Of a DNA stretch of 64,000 nt, positions 1 through 10,399 are shown in pieces; within the stretch, counting starts at the first letter, position 1, and each line of letters opens with the position of its first letter. A model generated the notes under the pieces. It was not told the DNA's origin, did not search any database, and was given only the letters and a program-made list of their open reading frames with translations. The stretch comes from a virus. The stretch is taken from positions 1 through 64,000 of IMG/VR virus record IMGVR_UViG_3300042503_000983. One strand, written 5' to 3'. A program made the position numbers and the translations under genes.

Positions 1-2
1 TT

Positions 3-2222
3 GCAAAAAAGAGATACGTTTTTGGACAAGGAGTTCAAGAGCAAGATAACATAGTTTCATCATCAAACGGAAATCTTTCTTATGTAGACTTCCCATTTTC
101 TGGCTACAGCTCTACAATAAGGTATCCTGATAGAACAAAGTGGGAAGATGGATTTTACAATAATATAGTTGCAAATTCAAAAGGAATATCTTTGCCTGAA
201 TATAGTCTTCCACAGGTTTTATTTACTAACACTGGAATTGGTTCAGAATATCAAAAGTCACTGGCTAGTATAAATTTCTATGAAGATAATTATGAACTTC
301 AAGATGAAAATTATCCTTTTATCTGCATGGCTCCAAGCTATGAATACTTATTTAATGAATCTTTTGGAACAGTATATTTTTCAAAGCTAAATCAGACAAA
401 CTATCAAACAAGATCGCTATATTCAGTTTTAAAAACATCAGAGGATGTTACAAGTAGACAGTCTATATTATATATATCAAATAATACTAGCTCAGATGTT
501 TTTGAAGTTTTCATTGATTCTGCAAGTGTTCAATATTCTTATAACGAAACTGTATTAAAATCAGAAACAATTTCTCAAAATTCTTTTTTTGCAGTGGGAA
601 TTGATTTTAATAAAATAGAACAGGCTTATAACTCTGTAGTTGGATCATTCTTTTCAAGACCAGATACCTTGTCTTTAAATTTTGCAGGAAAAGATGAAGA
701 TGTGTTTTTAGGAAAAATATTTTCTTTAACAATAAATAGCGACTTCTTTACAGATAAAGATGGGTCAGAAATGTTTGACTCTTACGGTTTTGCTATCAAA
801 AACTTTAATTCAAAATTTTATGACTATATTGGATCCTATACACTTCTTCCTAAAGCTACCAATACCTCAATGGTTTTAGACATAGGAGTATCTGGTTACT
901 GGGAAAATTCCATCCCCCTTTCCTACTTTGGAAGATATATAACTCAAAATAATGGAGATTTAAAGTATGACTTAGATATGCTACAGTTTAATATAGATAC
1001 ACCATCTTCAACATTTTCAAAACATAGTGAACTGTCTTCTTTGTATCAAGAATCATTATCTACAAAAGTTTTTGTAACCTTGCAGGATGTTTCTAAAATA
1101 GGAAAAACCACATATACACAGTTTGCTAATACAGAGATTATTGGAATTGATAAAATTTTAGATTTAGGAAAAATTACTTCTCCAAATAACACAAAGTATA
1201 AAATTAATGATAAAACAGTTATGTATGTTCCAAAAAATATTGCAGGATTTTCAAATTATTATGTCACAATTCATATTGAAATTTCCTCTAAAGGTATAAA
1301 AACAGAAAATGTTAATGTTAAAAATATGGGGATTGCAGGTCTATCGTTTGATGAAGGACAATTTTATTCAATAAATACTCCTACTGCAGGTAAGTTTTAT
1401 CCAATAGTTAAAAATGAAAATCAGTATGTTTACAAAAGAAATGTTCCAGTAGTGATTGACACAGAATCATCTCCATATTTGTATCTAGCAGGAGACTCTG
1501 GAATACAGGTATTGCCAGAAGTTGACGAAAATTTAATAAAAGGGTTGTCAATTCCAGTTAACCAAACTTTAAAGGTTAATCAAGAAATGGTAGGAATTCA
1601 AATGTTTTTAATGTATGATGAGGCAAGCTCTTTTACTGAAAGAAAAAAGATTGGAAAGATATTTAGCTCAAACAACTCTTACGACATAATTCTAATTCCT
1701 GAAGAAGATGGAAAAAGAGCATTCTTTTCAATAGTTGATTCTGTTACTGGAGATCAGTTTTTAGATGCAAAATCATTTTTAAATGGAAAGCTTGTAAATG
1801 ATATAGTAATTGAGCCACTTACCTGGAACTATATAGCAATAGCTTTGCAGGAAAACTCTATACCTTTAAATGGAATTCTTGCTCAGATTGAAATATATTC
1901 TGGAGTTAAAGTTGACAATGTTGCAAGCTTTATGGAACTAAATCCTATTAAACAAAACTTAATTGTTTTTGACGAATGGGATCTTGTTGACAATAGAACT
2001 TGGGAATACTGGTCTGGATCTGGGTCTACATCTTTCAATTGGCAACAGATATTAAATGAAGAATCTCTTGAAGTTACTGTTTTGTCTTTAGATGGAAAAG
2101 AAATTTTTAACACATATGCAGGTCTTTCTTCTGGAGTTGGAGACGATAATAGCGTAATTAGTGTCAGTTTTGATTCTGTTGTAATATTAAATGACATATC
2201 TTGGGACACCTATTTGGTTTAA
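3..2222 (+). CDS. Large virion structural protein (beta-rich, lectin/LamG-like), 5'-truncated by the window edge
   Basis: The frame of ORF 192..2222 is open back to position 3; composition is S/N/Y/F-rich; lies just upstream of the head module. Confidence 0.55.
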   Translation, partial: AKKRYVFGQGVQEQDNIVSSSNGNLSYVDFPFSGYSSTIRYPDRTKWEDGFYNNIVANSKGISLPEYSLPQVLFTNTGIGSEYQKSLASINFYEDNYELQDENYPFICMAPSYEYLFNESFGTVYFSKLNQTNYQTRSLYSVLKTSEDVTSRQSILYISNNTSSDVFEVFIDSASVQYSYNETVLKSETISQNSFFAVGIDFNKIEQAYNSVVGSFFSRPDTLSLNFAGKDEDVFLGKIFSLTINSDFFTDKDGSEMFDSYGFAIKNFNSKFYDYIGSYTLLPKATNTSMVLDIGVSGYWENSIPLSYFGRYITQNNGDLKYDLDMLQFNIDTPSSTFSKHSELSSLYQESLSTKVFVTLQDVSKIGKTTYTQFANTEIIGIDKILDLGKITSPNNTKYKINDKTVMYVPKNIAGFSNYYVTIHIEISSKGIKTENVNVKNMGIAGLSFDEGQFYSINTPTAGKFYPIVKNENQYVYKRNVPVVIDTESSPYLYLAGDSGIQVLPEVDENLIKGLSIPVNQTLKVNQEMVGIQMFLMYDEASSFTERKKIGKIFSSNNSYDIILIPEEDGKRAFFSIVDSVTGDQFLDAKSFLNGKLVNDIVIEPLTWNYIAIALQENSIPLNGILAQIEIYSGVKVDNVASFMELNPIKQNLIVFDEWDLVDNRTWEYWSGSGSTSFNWQQILNEESLEVTVLSLDGKEIFNTYAGLSSGVGDDNSVISVSFDSVVILNDISWDTYLV

Positions 2223-2248
2223 CCGTCAAATTATGGTACAATGATGTC

Positions 2249-2620
2249 ATGGAATATATTGATGGATTACAAAAACTGCCAAACAAGCCAAAAGTAAAGG
2301 TCGTAGAGAACAATGCTGACTACGGACTGTATGTTTGGAAACTAGAAACTGGAAAAATATTTGGTGATGACGATGGAAATTTTATGAACATCCCAGCCAG
2401 AAAATATGACTTAACTGCAATTAACAGGCTTACACAGGCTGCAGCACATTATGGTGCTGGAGAAGGTAAGGCAGTTTTTATGCCAGGAGTTACAAGAATT
2501 ACAGACGAAGAGCATTCTGTACAGATTGATAGAATGAAACAGGGATATATTCCTAGTGAATTTGATACTGATGCTTTTGCAGATGCAGCAAAGGGGCTTA
2601 ATAAGCATGGAGATGACTGA
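2249..2620 (+). CDS. Hypothetical protein upstream of portal, probably leaderless
   Basis: TG-G-TACAAT at 2234-2242 lies 6 nt before the in-frame ATG 2249; the end overlaps the portal start. Confidence 0.7.
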   Translation: MEYIDGLQKLPNKPKVKVVENNADYGLYVWKLETGKIFGDDDGNFMNIPARKYDLTAINRLTQAAAHYGAGEGKAVFMPGVTRITDEEHSVQIDRMKQGYIPSEFDTDAFADAAKGLNKHGDD

Positions 2621-4163
2621 AACAATTGCCAGACTGGACAATCTAGACAAAAATAAACCATCAGCAAACAAGTCTGATGATTTTATGAATGAGGCAGACG
2701 TAGTAAAAGCTTTTGATGGTATTGATGCAAATTTTAAAAGAAGAATAACTAGAATGAGCAAGGCTTACACTGGTCAAGATGGTGCAAAGTCAAAGCAGCT
2801 ATTTCCAGAACAAGATATCACTACAGCTTACGGTCTTTTTGATGTGGTTTTGCCACCATACAATCTTGATGAATTGGCTTTTTTCTTTGACAACTCTTTT
2901 GCAAACCACGCTGCAATTAATGCAAAGGTTGCTAATACCGTTGGTCTTGGTTACAACTTTATAATGTCTGATATTGTTAAGGCAAGAATTGAAGAAATTG
3001 AAGATGTTAATCAAAGAGTTAGAGCACAAAGAAAAGTTGAAAGAGCAAAGTCTGAATTAACTAATTGGCTTGAAGAACTAAATGATGAAGATACTTTTAC
3101 TCATGTTCTTGAAAAAGCAATGACAGACTATGAAGCAACTGGTAACGGATATATTGAAATTGGAAGAAAAAATACTGGAGAAATTGGCTACATTGGTCAC
3201 ATTCCTGCCACAACAGTTCGTGTAAGACGTATGCGTGATGGATATATTCAGATTGTAAATCAAAGAGTAGTATACTTTAGAAACTTTCAAGATAGTTCAA
3301 CAGCAAACCCTGTTACTTCAGATCAAAGACCTAATGAATTAATACATATTAAAAAGTATAGCCCAAAGAATACTTACTATGGTGTTCCAGATGTAGTTTC
3401 TGCTGCAACATCAGTTGTTGGAGATCAGCTTGCTGCAAGGTATAACATTGATTATTTTGAAAACAAAGCTGTTCCAAGATATATTGTTACACTAAAGGGT
3501 GCAAAACTTTCTGCAGATGCAGAAGACAAGTTGTTTAGATTCCTACAGTCTGGTCTTCGTGGACAAAATCATAGAACTCTTTATATCCCACTCCCTGGAG
3601 ATGCAGCAGATAATAAAGTTGAATTTAAAATGGAGCCAGTTGAAAATGGAATTCAAGAAGGATCTTTTGATAAGTACAGAACTTCCAACGTTCATGATAT
3701 TTTGATGGCACATCAAGTTCCTATTTCTAAAGTTGGGTCAGACCCTGGAAGTTCAATTGCCTCTGCTTTAGTTTCAGACAGAACTTTTAAAGAGCAGGTT
3801 GCTAGACCATCTCAAAAGAATTTAGAGAAAACAATAAACAAGCTTATTAAAGAAAAGACAGACATCCTTTTACTAAAGTTTAATGAACTAACTTTGACTG
3901 ATGAAAATACTCAAAGTCAAATTGATGAAAGATATCTAAGGGCACAAGTTGTTGTTCCAAATGATATCAGACCTAGACTTGGACTCCCAGTAGTTCCACA
4001 AGGAGATATTCCAGTAGTTATGACCCCTCAACAACGTGCAGAACAGAATGCTCAAATGTCTGGAACAAGGCAAAGAGATCAGCAAAGAACTGATCAGGCA
4101 TCTGACTCTACTTCAACTACAACAGGAAGAAATCCTGGTGGTGAAGGAAGATCTGTAGTATAA
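2607..4163 (+). CDS. Portal protein
   Basis: About 520 aa; portal-like segments (YEATGNGYIEI, NELIHIK, YYGVP, YFENKAVP); precedes protease and capsid; start is ATG 2607 or 2613. Confidence 0.9.
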   Translation: MEMTETIARLDNLDKNKPSANKSDDFMNEADVVKAFDGIDANFKRRITRMSKAYTGQDGAKSKQLFPEQDITTAYGLFDVVLPPYNLDELAFFFDNSFANHAAINAKVANTVGLGYNFIMSDIVKARIEEIEDVNQRVRAQRKVERAKSELTNWLEELNDEDTFTHVLEKAMTDYEATGNGYIEIGRKNTGEIGYIGHIPATTVRVRRMRDGYIQIVNQRVVYFRNFQDSSTANPVTSDQRPNELIHIKKYSPKNTYYGVPDVVSAATSVVGDQLAARYNIDYFENKAVPRYIVTLKGAKLSADAEDKLFRFLQSGLRGQNHRTLYIPLPGDAADNKVEFKMEPVENGIQEGSFDKYRTSNVHDILMAHQVPISKVGSDPGSSIASALVSDRTFKEQVARPSQKNLEKTINKLIKEKTDILLLKFNELTLTDENTQSQIDERYLRAQVVVPNDIRPRLGLPVVPQGDIPVVMTPQQRAEQNAQMSGTRQRDQQRTDQASDSTSTTTGRNPGGEGRSVV

Positions 4164-4213
4164 TATAACAATATTATAAATATATAAAAAATACATATAT
4201 AATAGGAAGTAAC

Positions 4214-5611
4214 ATGACTGCTTTAAACAAGGCTTACTGGACTTCGGATAACGATGATATAAAGTTATCTATGCCAATAGCCAAGATAGATGAAGAGCGT
4301 AGACTCGTCTCTGGATTTGCTACGCTTGATAATATTGATAAGCAGTCTGACATTGTTCCAACAAATGTAAGTATAAAAGCCTTTGAAACATTCCGTGGTA
4401 ATTTGAGAGAAATGCATCAGGCAATTGCAGTTGGAAAAGTAATTAATTTTAGACAAGAAAAGTTTTTTGACAAGTCTACAGAAAAACTATATAATGGTGT
4501 ATATGTAGATGCTTACATTTCTAAGGGTGCTCAAGATACTTGGGAAAAGGTTCTTGATGGTACTCTTTCAGGATTTTCAATTGGCGGAGTAATTAAAGAT
4601 GCAGAAAATTCTTGGGATGAAAACATTGATAAGACAGTAAGAATTGTAAAAGATTATGAACTTCATGAGCTATCCTTGGTAGACAATCCTGCAAATCAGT
4701 TTGCAAATGTTGTGTCTATTCAGAAGATTAATAAGGATGAACAAAATGATGGTATAATTGCAAAAGCAGATCTTGAAAATGTCTACTGGTGTGAGAATGA
4801 CGGTCTCGTCAGACTTTCAGAGGTTGAAGATTCAAGCTGTCCTTCATGTGAAGTTAGCATGAAAAATATTGGTTTTGTAGAGACGAAGGATGCAGAGAAA
4901 GCTATGACAGTTAAGTCACTCTTAAATAAGTTTATTGGTGTAACAGACCTAGTAAAATCTGATGAAGTTTCCGAAACCCCACAATCTTCAGGCGAAACGT
5001 CTGAAACAGCGATTGACAATAATGCGTCAATTGCGGAAAACAATATAAAGGAGGAGAACAACGTGTCAGAAGAAAATACAGTAGTAGAAGACACCGTTGA
5101 AGAAGTTGCAGCTGAAGAAGCTGTTGCTGAAGCTCCTGCCGAAGAAACCGTAGAAAAGTCAGTTGACGCAGTTGACGCTGTTGAGGAAACAGTAGCTAAG
5201 TCTGCTGATCCAGAAGAAGCATCTGCAGAAGAAGTTGCAGAAGAAGTTGCTTCTGATGACGTTGAAGTTGAAAAGTCTGTTATTGCAGAAGATACAACCG
5301 ATTCTGAGCTTGTAAAAGCTGTTGACGAAATTAAGGTTTCAGTAACAGAGGCAGTGAGTGAACTTGTTTCAACAATTAAATCACTAAACGAAGAAATTGC
5401 AGGTATCAAAAAGTCAGTTGATACAACCAATGAAGAAATTTCTGCGGTAAAAGGCAATCTTGAAGAGTTTGGAAAGCGTGTAGACGGTCTAGAAGACGAT
5501 ACAGCTGTCCGTAAGTCTGGCGATCTTGGCGGGGTCGTTCAGGGCAATACAATAAGAAAAGGGTCTATGTGGGGTGGACGTTTCCTAAATTCCGCTGACC
5601 TATATCATTAA
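4214..5611 (+). CDS. Prohead (maturation) protease fused to acidic scaffold
   Basis: HK97-type protease motifs (VSGFAT, REMH, GFSIGG, ELSLVDNPAN), a Cys pair, then an E/A/V-rich region and coiled coil. Confidence 0.9.
   Translation: MTALNKAYWTSDNDDIKLSMPIAKIDEERRLVSGFATLDNIDKQSDIVPTNVSIKAFETFRGNLREMHQAIAVGKVINFRQEKFFDKSTEKLYNGVYVDAYISKGAQDTWEKVLDGTLSGFSIGGVIKDAENSWDENIDKTVRIVKDYELHELSLVDNPANQFANVVSIQKINKDEQNDGIIAKADLENVYWCENDGLVRLSEVEDSSCPSCEVSMKNIGFVETKDAEKAMTVKSLLNKFIGVTDLVKSDEVSETPQSSGETSETAIDNNASIAENNIKEENNVSEENTVVEDTVEEVAAEEAVAEAPAEETVEKSVDAVDAVEETVAKSADPEEASAEEVAEEVASDDVEVEKSVIAEDTTDSELVKAVDEIKVSVTEAVSELVSTIKSLNEEIAGIKKSVDTTNEEISAVKGNLEEFGKRVDGLEDDTAVRKSGDLGGVVQGNTIRKGSMWGGRFLNSADLYH
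5063..5611 (+). CDS. Putative nested scaffold protein from an internal in-frame start
   Basis: AAGGAGG at 5048-5054, 8 nt before in-frame GTG 5063, at the start of the acidic region. Confidence 0.55.
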   Translation: MSEENTVVEDTVEEVAAEEAVAEAPAEETVEKSVDAVDAVEETVAKSADPEEASAEEVAEEVASDDVEVEKSVIAEDTTDSELVKAVDEIKVSVTEAVSELVSTIKSLNEEIAGIKKSVDTTNEEISAVKGNLEEFGKRVDGLEDDTAVRKSGDLGGVVQGNTIRKGSMWGGRFLNSADLYH

Positions 5612-5635
5612 GAGAAACTGGAGGTGAAATAAAAA

Positions 5636-6631
5636 ATGACAGAAAACAATGAAATTTTAGAAAAGTCGGCTGCAGCAGGTTCTATCGTATCTGGTGGAAT
5701 TGGTGGTGTAGATACACCAGTAGCTGGAATTCTTGACAATACGAACCCAGTTGGTGATCTAGTGTCTGATGGCGGTATTTTGCAGCCTGAACAGTCACGT
5801 CAGTTTATTGAGTATATCTTTGAACAGCAGGTACTAGCACAAGATGGTCGTAGAGTTACTATGAGAGCTAATACAACCGAACTTGAAAAGATGAATGTTG
5901 GAGAGCGTGTAATCCGTGCAGCAGCCCAGGCTGATGCAACCTACACAAATGCTGATGTTCAATTTACTAAGGTACAACTTACCACTAAGAAGATTCGTCT
6001 TGATTGGGAAGTTTCGACTGAAGCTCTTGAAGATAATATCGAAGGTTCAGGTCTTGAGGATCACTTGGTCCGTACAATGACCCGTGCATTCGCAAACGAT
6101 CTTGAAGATCTAGCAATCAATGGTACAGGAACTGGTACAAACAACTTCCTTAACATCCTTGAAGGCTTCGTATCAATCGAATCTGATGGTAATTCAGCAA
6201 CATATGGTACAACTATCGAAGACTTGCAGGGTCTAATCCTTGCAATGCCTCGTAAGTACCGTGGTTCACGTTCGAACATGAAGTTCTATGCAGACACCGA
6301 AACCGTTGCTTCAATTATCAACGGTCTTGGATCTTCTGGTAACTTGAATTCCGAGCGTATTATTGAACGTGTTATTGATGGCTCTGCTCCGCAGACCCTT
6401 GGTGCACCAATTCAGTATCGTGTTCTAGGTCTTCCATTAGTTGAAGTTCCTTTGATGCCAGCTGGTTATGTATCACTTACATTCCCAGAAAACCGCATTT
6501 GGGGCTTCCAGAGAGACGTAACAGTACACCGTGAATTCAAGCCGAAGAAGGACACTGTAGAATATACAGTATTCCTACGCTTTGGTATTGCTATCGAAGA
6601 AACCGATGCAGTAGCATTCATGCAAGACTAA
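5636..6631 (+). CDS. Major capsid protein (HK97 fold)
   Basis: RBS GGAGGTG; motifs GGILQPEQSRQFI, EALEDNIEG, LAINGTG; position after protease; followed by a hairpin. Confidence 0.93.
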   Translation: MTENNEILEKSAAAGSIVSGGIGGVDTPVAGILDNTNPVGDLVSDGGILQPEQSRQFIEYIFEQQVLAQDGRRVTMRANTTELEKMNVGERVIRAAAQADATYTNADVQFTKVQLTTKKIRLDWEVSTEALEDNIEGSGLEDHLVRTMTRAFANDLEDLAINGTGTGTNNFLNILEGFVSIESDGNSATYGTTIEDLQGLILAMPRKYRGSRSNMKFYADTETVASIINGLGSSGNLNSERIIERVIDGSAPQTLGAPIQYRVLGLPLVEVPLMPAGYVSLTFPENRIWGFQRDVTVHREFKPKKDTVEYTVFLRFGIAIEETDAVAFMQD

Positions 6632-6645
6632 TTATAGTCAAAATT

Positions 6646-6675
6646 GGAGGGGAGGCATTAACTTGTCTCCCCTTC
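6646..6675 (+). terminator. Hairpin after capsid gene, probable intrinsic terminator
   Basis: GGAGGGGAGGCA/TGTCTCCCCTTC 12-bp stem with G-U pairs; U-tract is weak. Confidence 0.65.
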
Positions 6676-6711
6676 ATCTATTTATAAATGATATAATAAG
6701 ATAGATATATT

Positions 6712-6903
6712 ATGGAAAAAGTTAAAGATGAACTAGTATGCTTATTTATTAAAGGTGCAGGTGCATACAATAAAGAGCTTGGCAGACTTAACAGAGGTTA
6801 TAATATAGTAAGCAAGAAAGATGCTGATGTATGGGTTAGCAAGTTCTCACAAATTAAGATAGCATCTCCAGAGGAGGTAGCCGAAGCATTCGGTGTTAAA
6901 TAA
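6712..6903 (+). CDS. Small hypothetical head-associated protein
   Basis: 63-aa ORF after TGATATAAT (6689-6697); TAATG overlap with the next gene. Confidence 0.65.
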   Translation: MEKVKDELVCLFIKGAGAYNKELGRLNRGYNIVSKKDADVWVSKFSQIKIASPEEVAEAFGVK

Positions 6904-7775
6904 TGGAAGCTTTAAGAATTAATGGTCAAAGACCATACATAACATTCTCTGGACTACTACCTAGTTCAGAATATACTTTAGTTTATACAGATTTAAATAC
7001 AGAGCAAGATTACACAGTTTTGCAAGAATCTGATGGTAATGGGTCAGTAACCTTTTTACTAAATGAATCATACATAGGATATGATGCAACACTAGAAGCA
7101 AACGTTTATGACTATCTAGAAGAAGTTGTTATTTCTACAAATATTGACGTTGTTAGACCATACACAGACATATCTAGTCTTGCCACTTATTTAAACAAGA
7201 CTTCTACTCAAGTAACAGAGATGGAAAGAATTGCAAGGTACATTATTGATTCAGAAGTTTCTGAAGGATTTGGATATACTAGAAAAGAAAAAGAGATTGT
7301 TGGAAATGGCTCTGACTACCTAGTGGTTAATGAAAAGATTAATAAGCTTTACAAGGTATATGAAAATGGAACTTTACTTTATGACTCAGAATCAGAAAAC
7401 AATGAAACAAATTTTGCAATTAGCAAAGATAAAACTTCAATAGTTCCAGTATATGGACAAGATAATAAAACAGAATATCCAGAAGTATGGAGAGATAGAT
7501 ATCTTTCTAGAGCATTCGCTGACGGATATGATTATGTAATTGATGCAGACTTTGGATATAAAGTAGTTCCACAAGATATTCAAGAGGCAACAAAACTTCT
7601 TTGCTCAGATATATCTAGTGACAATATGAAATACTTAAACAAGTACATTGAATCATTTGATAATGCTGATTTTAAAATTAAGTTTGCAAAGAACTTTAAT
7701 GCATCAACTGGAAATCTTGTAGTTGATAGAATCCTAACAAAGTACAAGAATAGCATCCGTGTTGGGGTGTTATAA
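6903..7775 (+). CDS. Head-tail adaptor with N-terminal beta domain
   Basis: C-terminal FGY..VPQDIQEATKLL resembles adaptor proteins; synteny. Confidence 0.7.
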   Translation: MEALRINGQRPYITFSGLLPSSEYTLVYTDLNTEQDYTVLQESDGNGSVTFLLNESYIGYDATLEANVYDYLEEVVISTNIDVVRPYTDISSLATYLNKTSTQVTEMERIARYIIDSEVSEGFGYTRKEKEIVGNGSDYLVVNEKINKLYKVYENGTLLYDSESENNETNFAISKDKTSIVPVYGQDNKTEYPEVWRDRYLSRAFADGYDYVIDADFGYKVVPQDIQEATKLLCSDISSDNMKYLNKYIESFDNADFKIKFAKNFNASTGNLVVDRILTKYKNSIRVGVL

Positions 7776-8252
7776 ATGCTTTTCAATTCAACACTTGATG
7801 ACATACTTTTTCCTATGACTGCAGATATTTATTATGCAGAAGAAATTCAATCATCTTATGGAAACATGGTCAGAAGATGGGCACTTGACAGAACTGTAAA
7901 ATGTTCTGCAATTAGTGAACTAGTTGATGCCATGATTGCTCCAGAATTAAAGGTAAGAAATAAATCTTTTGATTATAGCTCTGGAGTTGCATTTAGAACA
8001 CAAGAAGATGTAAGAAAATCCTCTTCTGGAAAGTATTTTCCAATAACTGCAATAGCTATTACAAACATAAAAGATCCATCAGGAGAACCAGTATGGATTA
8101 ATGGAGACAATCTTAAGTATGAACAAGGTGCTACAAAAACAAAATATGAAGTTAAGACAATAGTTCCAAGCTTTGATATGTTTCATAATGTTGGAATGTA
8201 TAGAATGTTTATTTCAAGATCTGCAAACCAAAAGTGGGAAGATGAGTTATGA
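7776..8252 (+). CDS. Putative head-closure (stopper) protein
   Basis: Synteny and size after the adaptor. Confidence 0.55.
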   Translation: MLFNSTLDDILFPMTADIYYAEEIQSSYGNMVRRWALDRTVKCSAISELVDAMIAPELKVRNKSFDYSSGVAFRTQEDVRKSSSGKYFPITAIAITNIKDPSGEPVWINGDNLKYEQGATKTKYEVKTIVPSFDMFHNVGMYRMFISRSANQKWEDEL

Positions 8253-8932
8253 TAAGATCGAGAATAAAAGCAGATGATTTAATTAAAAAGTTAAATAATA
8301 CAGTAAGATATTCTAATGGATTTGTTACTGAATTAAATAAAAACAAGTCTTTGTTAAATCAAAAAGTAGGTATGACATCTATTTCAGCATTTTATGACTA
8401 TCTAGATGGTCTGGCAAGATCTCATCCAGGAATGCTTCATCATGTGTATGAGTGGGGAAGCATTGGAGATCCAATGGAAAGATTGTATGACTTAAGTCTT
8501 GAAGTTAATAATACTTCAGCAGTAATTGATGCAGAATTTTTACAATCAAATATTCCTTCAGAAGATGGACAAGAGCCTTTTTACAATAAAGCCATTATTA
8601 TGGAAGAAGGAATCCCTGTAACTATTAATGAAAAAAATGCACAAGCCCTAGCCTTTACAATTGATGGACAGGAATACTTTAGAGTTGGTCCAATTACAAT
8701 TGCAAATCCTGGTGGAGAAGCAACTAGAGGATCTTTTGTAGAAGCGTTTAATGAATTTTATGGATCTTACTTTACAAATGTTTATCTACAAGCAATAAAG
8801 TTTTATGACTATTTTTCAAATGCTAAGGCATACGAGAATGGTTTTGCTTCAGGCGTAAATGGTGGGGGCTATCCTCTAGGAAAAGCAGCAGCACTTTCTT
8901 GGATTTCTAGAGCCCCAGGAGAAGTGATTTAA
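8249..8932 (+). CDS. Putative neck/tail-completion protein
   Basis: Synteny; ATGA overlap with the upstream gene. Confidence 0.5.
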   Translation: MIRSRIKADDLIKKLNNTVRYSNGFVTELNKNKSLLNQKVGMTSISAFYDYLDGLARSHPGMLHHVYEWGSIGDPMERLYDLSLEVNNTSAVIDAEFLQSNIPSEDGQEPFYNKAIIMEEGIPVTINEKNAQALAFTIDGQEYFRVGPITIANPGGEATRGSFVEAFNEFYGSYFTNVYLQAIKFYDYFSNAKAYENGFASGVNGGGYPLGKAAALSWISRAPGEVI

Positions 8933-9531
8933 TGGTAGTGTATAGACCAGAACAAATTATAAACCTTTATGTGTGGGAGCAGTTTAAAACTTATGCTCCA
9001 GAATTTCACAGAATGTATGCCCCTGTAGTTGGAAATCAAAATCTTGCAATAGTTCCTTTCTTTCCATCTCCTGCATCAAATCTTCCAACTCCAGTTCTTG
9101 AAAATGATTTGCCATATATTGTATTTGATAAGTTTAGTAGAGTCCGTGGAGGCTATAAATATTTCTACCCTATAAAGACTGACCAGATGAGGTATACGAT
9201 CCATGGTGGCTCTCTGTGGGGCATTAACAAGTTCGAACAGGACAGGTTTGAGACTACATACAATCTAACTTCTTTAATACAAAATATCTTAGATAGAGAA
9301 GACGATGCTGGAAGAGATATTAATGAATTTGCTAAGACTTTGCCAGGATATGCAGAGTCTAAAAATGGCAAAGACTTAAATCAATACTATTTTCATTGTG
9401 TAAATGTATATCAATCTGGATTTACAGATAATCAGCAAGATGTGGCTGACTTTATGGAATATAATCCCACAAGAGATCTAATTATTAAGTATGATTACCA
9501 TTCTCCACAATTTGGAGAAAGGTCAGTTTAA
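8932..9531 (+). CDS. Putative tail terminator
   Basis: Directly before the tail tube gene; PYIVF motif typical of terminators. Confidence 0.55.
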   Translation: MVVYRPEQIINLYVWEQFKTYAPEFHRMYAPVVGNQNLAIVPFFPSPASNLPTPVLENDLPYIVFDKFSRVRGGYKYFYPIKTDQMRYTIHGGSLWGINKFEQDRFETTYNLTSLIQNILDREDDAGRDINEFAKTLPGYAESKNGKDLNQYYFHCVNVYQSGFTDNQQDVADFMEYNPTRDLIIKYDYHSPQFGERSV

Positions 9532-9614
9532 TAACTTTCATAAACATAGTATATAATTAAGTTAGGAAACGCCAATGCCCTACAAATTTAAGACTAAAAT
9601 TGAGGTGAAAAAAT

Positions 9615-10295
9615 ATGGCTAATCGTGGAAATTCCAATCAAATTATCGTTGGTGCAGCACAGTTGTTCGTTTCAACACAAGGTCCTCTAGAATGGGACAG
9701 TGCTGAAGAATACTATGCATTTAACGGAAGTGCCTCAGCAGGTGTTCTTGACTTTGTTCCAGGACAGAAGTTTGCAGACACTCTTGAGTTGAATGACTCA
9801 GCAAGATGGAGAAACGTAGGCTACACCATGAACGGTCTGGAAGTACAATTCCAGCCAGATTTTGGTGAGGTACAGGTTGATCAGCTTCTTGACGTTGCTA
9901 AGCTTTACAAGCAAGGTATGCAGGTTAACATGGTAACAGCATTTGCTGAAGCTACTCTTGAAAACCTTGTTGTTGCAGTTGCAACTTCAGATGCTAACTA
10001 CAATGATGATGACGCAGACGAGCTAACTCTAAATCTATCTGCAGGTGATATCGGTGAGGTTCCTTTGGAACGTGCACTTATCGCTGTAGGTCCAGGTTCT
10101 GGTGATCCAAACGCAACTGGTGAAGATGCAGTAGAGCGTGTATACGTTGCTAACCGTGCTCTATCTATTGATAGCGTAACAGTTTCAGCAAAGCGTGATA
10201 CTCCTTCTATGTACGAAGTATCGTTCCGTTTGCTTCCAGCTGGTAATGGCTCATACGGCAAGATCGTTGATCGTGTTGTAGGAACTACAGTATAA
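9615..10295 (+). CDS. Major tail (tube) protein
   Basis: RBS GAGGTG; IIVGAAQLF, VGYTMNGL, VQVDQL motifs; position before chaperone and TMP. Confidence 0.88.
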   Translation: MANRGNSNQIIVGAAQLFVSTQGPLEWDSAEEYYAFNGSASAGVLDFVPGQKFADTLELNDSARWRNVGYTMNGLEVQFQPDFGEVQVDQLLDVAKLYKQGMQVNMVTAFAEATLENLVVAVATSDANYNDDDADELTLNLSAGDIGEVPLERALIAVGPGSGDPNATGEDAVERVYVANRALSIDSVTVSAKRDTPSMYEVSFRLLPAGNGSYGKIVDRVVGTTV

Positions 10296-10312
10296 TAACT
10301 GAATAATAGATC

Positions 10313-10352
10313 TTGCCCACTCTCATTAATTTGAGGGTGGGTAATTTCTTTT
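10313..10352 (+). terminator. Intrinsic terminator after tail tube gene
   Basis: TTGCCCACTCTCA/TGAGGGTGGGTAA stem followed by TTTCTTTT. Confidence 0.8.
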
Positions 10353-10399
10353 AACAAGGCTTCTATGATATAATTGAGTATATTCTATAGGAGGAATAA

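Noticed and set aside
4783-5457. 224-aa Ser-rich antisense ORF, and similar - strand ORFs across 1-61 kb
   Set aside because: These are shadows of biased codons (GAA/GCA/GTT) on the coding strand, with no RBS, promoter or motifs
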